A DNA stretch of 45,522 bases from Alphaproteobacteria bacterium (GTDB lineage Bacteria > Pseudomonadota > Alphaproteobacteria > RF32 > CAG-239), in NCBI GenBank assembly GCA_017621635.1, contig JAGASU010000027.1, forward strand, positions 1-45,522, written 5' to 3'. The position numbers and the translations under genes were made by a program. Below the pieces are notes generated by a model. It ran no database searches and was not told the DNA's origin. It saw only the letters and a list, made by a program, of their open reading frames with translations. This document shows positions 37,832 through 45,522 of the stretch, one piece after another; position 1 is the stretch's first letter; each line of letters begins with the position of its first letter.

Positions 37832-37927
37832 TTTAAATTTTACATCAGATTCTTATTGACTCCTTAAAAAACTTATGTATAGTGCACAAAAAAGTTATGT
37901 TTAAATCTACAAAACAGGTGAATTAAA

Positions 37928-38227
37928 ATGTATGCAGTAATTAAAACAGGCGGCAAGCAATATAAAGTAGCGTCCAACGACGTTATCAAAATCGAAAAAA
38001 TTGCCGGTGACGCCGGAAGCGAAGTAATTTTTAACGAAGTCTTGGCTATGGACGAGACCGTTGGCACTCCTTTTGTTGCCGGCGCAAGCGTAAAAGCAAC
38101 CATCGTTAAACAAGCCAAAGACGCAAAAGTTATCGTTTTCAAAAAGAAAAGAAGACAAAACTACCGTCGTAAAAACGGTCACAGACAAAACATCACACTC
38201 GTTAAAATCACCGAGTTGTGTAAATAA
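37928..38227 (+). CDS. rplU: 50S ribosomal protein L21
   Basis: [14 protein letters not shown]...GHRQ. Confidence 0.98.
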   Translation: MYAVIKTGGKQYKVASNDVIKIEKIAGDAGSEVIFNEVLAMDETVGTPFVAGASVKATIVKQAKDAKVIVFKKKRRQNYRRKNGHRQNITLVKITELCK

Positions 38228-38246
38228 TTAACTAGGAGTTTTTAAA

Positions 38247-38504
38247 ATGGCACATAAGAAATCAGGCGGTAGCTCATCAAACGGACGCGATTCTATCGGA
38301 CGTCGTTTAGGTGTTAAAAAATTTGGCGGTGAATCTGTAATCTCCGGCAACATCATCATTCGTCAACGCGGAACAAAATTCCACCCCGGCGAGAATGTTG
38401 GCATGGGTAAAGATCACACCATTTTTGCAACCACGGAAGGAAAAGTTGAGTTTAAGACAAAAGCTAATGACAGAACTTATGTTTCTGTTGTCCCTGCTGA
38501 ATAA
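38247..38504 (+). CDS. rpmA: 50S ribosomal protein L27
   Basis: [22 protein letters not shown]. Confidence 0.98.
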   Translation: MAHKKSGGSSSNGRDSIGRRLGVKKFGGESVISGNIIIRQRGTKFHPGENVGMGKDHTIFATTEGKVEFKTKANDRTYVSVVPAE

Positions 38505-38588
38505 TCTTTCTCATAAAGAATAAAAAGGGGGTGCCAGACATCCCCTTTATTTTTCAAAAAAACAGGATACATATTCCCATCAGGTTAA

Positions 38589-39680
<1,092 letters not shown>

Positions 39681-39695
39681 TTTTAGGAGCATAAA

Positions 39696-40040
39696 ATGAG
39701 TACGACAGACACAACATTGCTTGAGTTAATTGAAAAAACATTAGACGACAACAAAGCCGAAAACATCGTCACCATAGACCTCAAGGGCAAGACCTCAATT
39801 GCCAACTATATGGTCATCGCCAGCGGTACTTCAAACCGCCATGTCGCCGCACTTGCCGATAAGCTCAAATACACCTTAAAGCAAAACGGCTATAACACCA
39901 CTTCAGAAGGCGAAGAAAAAGCCAACTGGGTTTTAATCGACGCTTTTGATGTCATTGTACACATTTTCTGCCCCGAAGTCCGCGACTTCTACAATCTTGA
40001 AAAAATGTGGAACACCGCCGCCGAATTAAGAAAAAATTAA
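39696..40040 (+). CDS. rsfS: Ribosome silencing factor
   Basis: LDDNKAENI, IASGTSNRHV and WVLID..DVIVHIF..R.FY.LEKMW motifs. Confidence 0.96.
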   Translation: MSTTDTTLLELIEKTLDDNKAENIVTIDLKGKTSIANYMVIASGTSNRHVAALADKLKYTLKQNGYNTTSEGEEKANWVLIDAFDVIVHIFCPEVRDFYNLEKMWNTAAELRKN

Positions 40041-40243
40041 ACACCAGACTTAAAACTAAATAAATGATACAAAGCCGAATGCCTCTTTAGAGGCATTTTT
40101 GATAACAACAAATATTTACTTTAGATTCTATCGCTTTTGCGACCATATAACTATTTATTTTCTATAAAATAAAGGCGTTGACAAATACTGATATTTAATG
40201 TAGTATGGACAAAATAGGTGAACTTTTAATAGGAGATGGGATT

Positions 40244-40882
40244 ATGAACCAAAAAACAGATAAGTGGGGTGATTTGTATGACACTATGAAAAATGCCGCA
40301 AAAGAGGCTGTGACACAGGTTGAAGCTTTTTGCGGCGTAGAGAGTGCAAAAAGAACCTTAAAAAAACGCGAAGAAGATAAAGTAATTTCCCAATATTTCG
40401 GCGATAAAGTATTTAAAAACCTACCAGAAGCATCGTTACGCGGATATGCAAGAAAAATTATACAATATCAAAACGATGATTATGTAAAAAATCCCGAAAA
40501 TTATTCAATAAAAAGTCTTACTCAAAATGTTCGTTCTCAGGCTTCTAAGAGACAATTTGATAAAGATCACCATATTGAAGCAAGCCTCAAAAAAGCCGGG
40601 TTGACAAGTAAAGAGATTAACGACTATCACCGAATACAAGAATATGCCAGCTTCGGAATGGATGCATCTATTGCTAGTATGGGAAAACCTCTTTTAGAAA
40701 AGATAGATAAAGCTCTGGAGGAATCAATGTCCACACAGACTGTAGCAGAATTTCGCAAACAATACAGAGGAAAATCATTCTCAGAAATTCACGATAAATG
40801 CTACGACCCTGAACTAACCCATAAACAACAGAAAATTTTAGATAGCTACCAAAGCAACGTTGTATTAGGCAGTTATCGCTAG
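40244..40882 (+). CDS. Hypothetical protein
   Basis: Promoter TTGACA-17-TAGTAT; RBS AGGAGA before ATG 40244; charged helical protein ending ...LGSYR. Confidence 0.75.
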   Translation: MNQKTDKWGDLYDTMKNAAKEAVTQVEAFCGVESAKRTLKKREEDKVISQYFGDKVFKNLPEASLRGYARKIIQYQNDDYVKNPENYSIKSLTQNVRSQASKRQFDKDHHIEASLKKAGLTSKEINDYHRIQEYASFGMDASIASMGKPLLEKIDKALEESMSTQTVAEFRKQYRGKSFSEIHDKCYDPELTHKQQKILDSYQSNVVLGSYR

Positions 40883-41017
40883 AACTTTCTGACAAGCTAA
40901 ACACGGCATCTTAAAAATGCACATGTTTAGCTTGTGCGGATTTTAAAAAAAATACTTGATTTATTAATTTACAACGTGTATCTATGCTGACGTGACAAGA
41001 AATTGCCACCCAAAGCT

Positions 41018-41093
41018 AGGGGTATAGCTCAGTTGGTAGAGCACCGGTCTCCAAAACCGGGTGTCGTGAGTTCGAATCTTACTGCCCCTGCCA
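41018..41093 (+). tRNA. tRNA-Trp(CCA)
   Basis: AGGGGTATAGCTCAGTTGGTAGAGCACCGGTCTCCAAAACCGGGTGTCGTGAGTTCGAATCTTACTGCCCCTGCCA. Confidence 0.97.
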
Positions 41094-41270
41094 TTAAAAA
41101 GGTCCGCTTTATGCGGACTTTTTTAATGGCATTTAGGGAAAGTTAGGTTCGAACTCACGAAGAAGTGAGTTTGACCAGGAGGATAAGGCGGGCGGAAGAA
41201 CGCCGGTCAGCATAGCTGATATCCGACGCAGCGGCGAAGCAAAACATAGCCTATCTTACTGCCCCTGCCA
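41094..41270 (+). repeat. tRNA-linked repeat unit 1 (ends in an 18-nt copy of the tRNA-Trp 3' end)
   Basis: ATCTTACTGCCCCTGCCA at 41076-41093 recurs at 41253-41270; the unit is nearly identical to 42457-42625. Confidence 0.9.
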
Positions 41271-41327
41271 CTCAAGACAAGCCGTCCGAAAGGGCGGTTT
41301 TTCTTTTATAAAACAAGCGCTTAACCG

Positions 41328-41466
41328 AGTCCGTGTGAGGCGTGCCAAATGAGGCTGTTTGCGCCGCTACGGAAAGTTTCACTTTCCTACTTGCGCAAAC
41401 AACTAAGTGTTCCTGCGGCTGAAGCCTAGCAACACTAAGCGAAGTTTCCCGCTGGTTACACGGACT
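41328..41466. mobile_element. MITE/REP-like palindromic element
   Basis: Terminal IR AGTCCGTGT/ACACGGACT; nested internal stems (GTTTGCGC/GCGCAAAC, GGAAAGT/ACTTTCC, AGTGTT/AACACT); no ORF. Confidence 0.55.
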
Positions 41467-41583
41467 ATCCCAAACAAAATCCTTTGTTTTACAAGCATTT
41501 AATGCAGTTTGAATCTTGTTGAATTTCGGGATATATTATAGTTTAGAATGAAAATTTTTATTGTTTTGTATTATTCTTATACT

Positions 41584-41967
41584 CTAACCTTTTTTTCTGG
41601 TAAAGGCAATGATTAAAGAAATGAATGACATTCCCAAACTTATGTAGGCCAAGCTGAGAAGAAAACGCACAATAAATTCTTCAGAATAAGAAACGAAATA
41701 AACGCTTCCTAAAAAGACTATTGTTGTTATTATCATAAAATACGGAATCCAACCAATGGCGCACAGGTAATATGATGTTTTTGGGTAATCGGATATAAAA
41801 TTTGATAAAAATTTAGGTGTTTTGTTAAAGCAAAGCATAAATATACAAATGATAAACAATAAAAATAAAATATCAGAGAGAATTTCAAAACCCAGTAAGG
41901 AAAGAGGAGTTTCTAAAACACCTGATAATCCGCCTAATACAAGCGCTTCTTTTGACCATAATTTCAT
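41584..41967 (-). CDS. Small multi-TM membrane protein (immunity-like), copy 1
   Basis: 127 aa with about 4 hydrophobic segments; paralogue of 44683-45075. Confidence 0.8.
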   Translation of the reverse strand: MKLWSKEALVLGGLSGVLETPLSLLGFEILSDILFLLFIICIFMLCFNKTPKFLSNFISDYPKTSYYLCAIGWIPYFMIITTIVFLGSVYFVSYSEEFIVRFLLSLAYISLGMSFISLIIAFTRKKG

Positions 41968-42022
41968 TGTTTGTACTCCTTTTCCGAATTAGTTGGGTTA
42001 GTTTATAATAATATTTATTTCT

Positions 42023-42301
42023 TTATTTTTTCTTACGACTGCGGCAACTTTCATTGTAAGCATTAATACTATGAGCAAGGTGTGAACCCCCGAAAGAACC
42101 TTTGTTATAGGCTTTTATGGCTTGTCCAATATATGGAATTTTAGTAATAGCATAATCTCCAATGATCGAACCTGTTGAGATGGGTTTAGAAACAGCCGCA
42201 TCTTTTCTGATTTTAATGAAATTTGACGCAATTCCTTTAGCAGAGCAATCGTTATTATAACGAGATGCCGCTTTTGTTGATGTTGATAATTTTTTAGGCA
42301 T
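42023..42301 (-). CDS. Small cationic two-Cys protein (bacteriocin/toxin-like)
   Basis: 92 aa, K/R-rich ends, Gly/Ala/Ile-rich core, Cys19/Cys86; RBS AAAGGA; immediately upstream of the membrane protein. Confidence 0.62.
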   Translation of the reverse strand: MPKKLSTSTKAASRYNNDCSAKGIASNFIKIRKDAAVSKPISTGSIIGDYAITKIPYIGQAIKAYNKGSFGGSHLAHSINAYNESCRSRKKK

Positions 42302-42332
42302 TTGAATATCCTTTTTTAATAGTTAAACATAA

Positions 42333-42346
42333 TGATAGCGCTATCA
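42333..42346. promoter_or_regulatory. LacI-family/cre-like operator
   Basis: Perfect palindrome TGATAGCGCTATCA just downstream of a minus-strand TTGATT...TATAAT promoter-like region. Confidence 0.55.
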
Positions 42347-42446
42347 ATTATTATATAGGTAAAAAGTTTTATTAAAATCAAGAGTTGTACAAAATATTTT
42401 TTTATCTTTTTTGTTTGTATGAGAATAGTCCGTGGATTGCCCTATA

Positions 42447-42627
42447 TGCCCTGCCATTAAAAAGGTCCGCTTTATGCGGACTTTTTTAATGGCATTTAGG
42501 GAAAGTTGGTTCGAACTCACGAAGAAGTGAGTTTGACCAGGAGGATAAGGCGGGCGGAAGAACGCCGGTCAGCATAGCTGATATCCGACGCAGCGGCGAA
42601 GCAAAGCGTAGCCAATCGTCTGCCACT
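42447..42627 (+). repeat. tRNA-linked repeat unit 2 with eroded tRNA-end copies
   Basis: Starts TGCCCTGCCA, is near-identical to 41094-41250 and ends CTGCCACT. Confidence 0.9.
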
Positions 42628-42690
42628 TAGGATTCATTTCTTCATTATTTTTTCAAATACAAAAAAGTCTTCTATTCCCGAAATATCGTT

Positions 42691-42840
42691 GCCTTGTTAG
42701 ACACTTGGTACTTATCTTCCAACGAATATTGTAACGATGGGTATGCGTGCCTGTACAATATATACGACGGCAATAAAAGTATGGATGATAAGTGCAGTAC
42801 TGCTACCAGCGTTCGTCCGATGATAGCGATTGAAATTTAA
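42691..42840 (+). pseudogene. C-terminal remnant of a DUF1566/CLec-fold-like protein
   Basis: Start-less frame TWYLSSNEY...A.L.NIYDG......K......VRPMIAIEI* followed by a terminator. Confidence 0.55.
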
Positions 42841-42843
42841 AAC

Positions 42844-42877
42844 AAAAAGAGTCCTGAAAAATCAGGACTCTTTTTTT
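42844..42877. terminator. Bidirectional terminator
   Basis: AAAAAGAGTCCTGA-aaaa-TCAGGACTCTTTTT. Confidence 0.85.
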
Positions 42878-43542
42878 TACTTTAGTTCATAAACGGTCAC
42901 CTGACGAATTTTATATCTGGTAACAAGCATTCCTGGTCTGACACCTGCCCAACGCGGTTCTCCTAAAACTCTTAATATTGTTTTACTTCCGTCTGTAAAG
43001 GACACATCCAAAACAAATATGTCCGCCAAAATACAGAAACCGGAATAGTAATAAGGGTTGAAATATCTTCCATTGCGCCAATACCGACTCTTACCACGTG
43101 AAGCGATACATTTAAATTGTTCTGCTGTCCAGTTTAAGCCTATGTCTACAGACTTCGCCCGATAATGTTGGCACAATTTAACATCTTTTACTCTTAATAA
43201 TGTTTTATTGCTTTTCGTAACCATTTCACAAACCTTGCCATCACAGTACATATACGTTTCTTGATTTTCTTTATAATCTTCAAGATTGAATTTGACTTGA
43301 TTAGCATAATACACTTCAGATTCAGAATCCTTATCAATAAATACACGTTTTAAAGTCCAGTAGTCCGTATATATCATACGAACTGCATTGACTCCCGACC
43401 CGAATTTCACGAGTATTTCATCATCAGAAAACCAATGACTTAGTCTGTATCTTTTAGGCTGAGATAGCTCGTAAAAGTTAATTTCACTAAATGAATCAAA
43501 GCTAAACATCAAAGCTATGAAACAAAAAAATAACCTTAACAT
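42877..43542 (-). CDS. Hypothetical exported protein
   Basis: 221 aa, N-terminal signal-peptide-like segment, several Cys; no recognised domain. Confidence 0.7.
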   Translation of the reverse strand: MLRLFFCFIALMFSFDSFSEINFYELSQPKRYRLSHWFSDDEILVKFGSGVNAVRMIYTDYWTLKRVFIDKDSESEVYYANQVKFNLEDYKENQETYMYCDGKVCEMVTKSNKTLLRVKDVKLCQHYRAKSVDIGLNWTAEQFKCIASRGKSRYWRNGRYFNPYYYSGFCILADIFVLDVSFTDGSKTILRVLGEPRWAGVRPGMLVTRYKIRQVTVYELK

Positions 43543-43850
43543 AATACAACCGGAATATTTAAAGAGGTTTGTTTGACCGGATCCTCCTGATTAATAATTG
43601 ATTAATAATAAATTCGTAACAACAAGTATACAAATAAAAAAGTTTTTTGTCAACTCTGTTTGATTTTTTTAAAGTAAAGAAAAAACTCCCCGTCAAGAGA
43701 TTATCCTGCAAAGCAAAAATATAGTTATTGACATCCAAAAAATAATTTAATATGTTGATAGCCAACGAGATAGAAAGCATTAGAAATTTACCCCTGTAAA
43801 CAAACAATGTTATCTGTCGATTTAATCAATCTTTTTGAAATGGTATAGCT

Positions 43851-44042
43851 ATGGGAAACACAAGTCCGATACAATTTTTTAGGCAAGTAAAGCAAGAAGT
43901 AAAAAAAGTTACTTGGCCTTCCAAAAAAGAAGTCATCAACGCCACAAGAATGGTTATCATTGTTGTCGCGATTGCTTCAATATTCTTCTTTTTCGTTGAT
44001 ATGTTCTTTGCGGCCATTGTTAGTGCCATCTTTAAATATTAG
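43851..44042 (+). CDS. secE: Preprotein translocase subunit SecE
   Basis: QFFRQVKQEVKKVTWP plus a single TM helix; upstream of nusG. Confidence 0.96.
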   Translation: MGNTSPIQFFRQVKQEVKKVTWPSKKEVINATRMVIIVVAIASIFFFFVDMFFAAIVSAIFKY

Positions 44043-44053
44043 GAGTTTATCCC

Positions 44054-44587
44054 ATGACTGCTCGTTGGTATGTTGTTAACGTATATTCCGGTTCGGAAAA
44101 AAAGGTTGCTGAGTCAATCCGTGAACAAGCCGTTTTGAAAAAAATGGATGATAAGATTTTGGAAGTTTTGGTTCCGACCGAACAAGTCGTTGAAGTAAAA
44201 AAAGGTGAAAAGGTAAACGCCGAACACAAATTTTTCCCCGGCTACATCTTAATCAAAATGGAAATGAATGATGATACATGGCATATCGTAAAAGGTACGC
44301 CTCGCGTCAGCGGCTTCTTAGGCAGCCATAACAAACCGCAAGCTATCAGCGAAAGAGAAGTAAAGCGCATTATGGAGCAAATCGAAGAAGGGATTGAGCG
44401 TCCGCAAACTCAGGTTTACTTTGAAGTCGGCGAGCAGATTCGCGTCACAGATGGCCCGTTTGCTTCCTTCATCGGCGTGGTTGAGGAAATTGATACCGAA
44501 AAATCTCGCTTAAAAGTTTCTGTTTCGATTTTCGGTCGTTATACGCCGGTAGAGTTGGAATTTAACCAAGTCGAAAAAATCGCTTAA
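44054..44587 (+). CDS. nusG: Transcription termination/antitermination factor NusG
   Basis: WYVV...SGSE, FFPGYIL, KOW DGPFASF and IFGR.TPVEL motifs. Confidence 0.98.
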   Translation: MTARWYVVNVYSGSEKKVAESIREQAVLKKMDDKILEVLVPTEQVVEVKKGEKVNAEHKFFPGYILIKMEMNDDTWHIVKGTPRVSGFLGSHNKPQAISEREVKRIMEQIEEGIERPQTQVYFEVGEQIRVTDGPFASFIGVVEEIDTEKSRLKVSVSIFGRYTPVELEFNQVEKIA

Positions 44588-44682
44588 GTAATTCATAAGT
44601 CAAAAAATAAAAACCACCATATGAATTGTCCAATTTGTTTAAGAGGCTGTTCATATGGTGTTTTTTCAAGCCCAAACAACAC

Positions 44683-45075
44683 CTATTTATTTGTTTTTCT
44701 AACCAAGGCTGTAATTAACGATACAAGCGCCAAATAAATTGTTGTGTATGGGTAAAACATAATATGCATACCGTATTCTACCGTAATATCAGAGTAATTT
44801 ATAATATATCCGCTTCCAATCAGCAAAACAAACACAATAAACATAAAGTATGGTATCCAACCAATCGCTGTCAGATAATATGATGTTTTTGGGTAGTTTG
44901 ATATAAAATTTGATAAAAACTTTGGTGTTTTGTTAAAACACAGCATAAACATACCAAGGATAAATAATAAAAATAAGATACCGCTAGTGTTTTCAAACCC
45001 TAAAAAGGAAAGAGGAGTTTCTAAAACACCATATATTCCGCCTAATACTAAAGCTTCTTTTGACCATAATTTCAT
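44683..45075 (-). CDS. Small multi-TM membrane protein (immunity-like), copy 2
   Basis: 130 aa; 67 of the first 78 residues are identical to 41584-41967; shares an 18-nt RBS region with it. Confidence 0.8.
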   Translation of the reverse strand: MKLWSKEALVLGGIYGVLETPLSFLGFENTSGILFLLFILGMFMLCFNKTPKFLSNFISNYPKTSYYLTAIGWIPYFMFIVFVLLIGSGYIINYSDITVEYGMHIMFYPYTTIYLALVSLITALVRKTNK

Positions 45076-45204
45076 TGTTTGTACTCCTTTTCCAAATATT
45101 GCACGATGTGTCCGCCATTAAAAAAAACATTTCTAAGCTACCACAAAAAATAGACAGTTCATTTTAGGGGGGGGTATTTTTACATCAATTCAAATCAACT
45201 TTTA

Positions 45205-45522
45205 CTACCACGAATAAGTCAATCCGGCATCTACGCCATAGGCTTTATAATCGCTGCCAAATGTATAATGAGCCGATGTATAAGCGGAAACACGCGGCGC
45301 CAAACCGAATTTAGCCCCGATCTCCATTTTTCCTAAAGTCTGATTCTTATAAGTGTTGATTGAAGATAAAGTACTGATGTTTGTTTTATCTCCCATAGCG
45401 TAGGTCTGAATAACCGAAGGCTTGATATAAACTTTTGCTGTTTGCCCGTCATTTGCACAAAACAAATGCTCAATGCGAAGACCTAATTCGGCTTCCATAT
45501 AATGCATCAAATCAAAATCAAC
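45205..45522 (-). CDS. Autotransporter beta-barrel C-terminus (5'-truncated by window edge)
   Basis: Frame is open to the window end; amphipathic strands (YIKPSVIQT, GKMEIG, GVDAGLTYSW) with terminal Trp. Confidence 0.8.
   Translation of the reverse strand, partial: VDFDLMHYMEAELGLRIEHLFCANDGQTAKVYIKPSVIQTYAMGDKTNISTLSSINTYKNQTLGKMEIGAKFGLAPRVSAYTSAHYTFGSDYKAYGVDAGLTYSW

Noticed and set aside
41094-42627. Repeats as a CRISPR array
   Set aside because: Only two ~175-bp units, no short regularly spaced repeats with unique spacers, and no cas genes.
42691-42840. DGR template repeat
   Set aside because: Not clearly AAC-rich, no second copy and no reverse transcriptase in the window; kept only as a target-like remnant.
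41018-43542. Intact prophage or integrative element at tRNA-Trp
   Set aside because: att-like duplications exist, but there are no integrase, replication or structural genes.
43559-43807. 82-aa minus-strand ORF
   Set aside because: AT-rich divergent promoter region for secE and the exported protein; no RBS or recognisable motifs.

Overview
Chromosomal window from a low-GC alphaproteobacterium. Markers include cckA, hdaA, a MipZ-like gene, ATP12, DUF465 and a G-1/C73 tRNA-His. The gene content suggests a reduced, probably gut-associated, Rhodospirillales-like lineage (inference). Most of the window is housekeeping: trpB (partial), dac, pgm, cckA-hdaA-truB-rpsO-pnp, pfkA, pssA, rplY-pth-ychF, trxB, rarA-rluC-asmA-ATP12-acyP, yebC-ruvC, rplU-rpmA-obgE-rsfS, secE-nusG, and tRNA-His, -Leu and -Trp. 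Three non-housekeeping systems stand out. (1) A Bacteroides Mpi-like serine invertase (17009-17629) occurs with a candidate invertible promoter at 11349-11507. That segment has 24-bp inverted repeats with an Mpi-like core, and its promoter currently points away from an orphan gene. (2) A phage C4/CI-type antisense RNA switch with an overlapping terminator lies directly upstream of a non-canonical pilin gene (32201-33086). (3) An integrase-free accretion zone lies between tRNA-Trp and secE. It contains tRNA-linked repeats, a MITE-like element, a cationic peptide plus immunity-like membrane protein under a LacI/cre-type operator, and a CLec/DUF1566-like remnant. A diverged orphan paralogue of the membrane protein, with a poly-C promoter spacer, lies after nusG. 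All family assignments come from motif recognition by eye; no searches were run.
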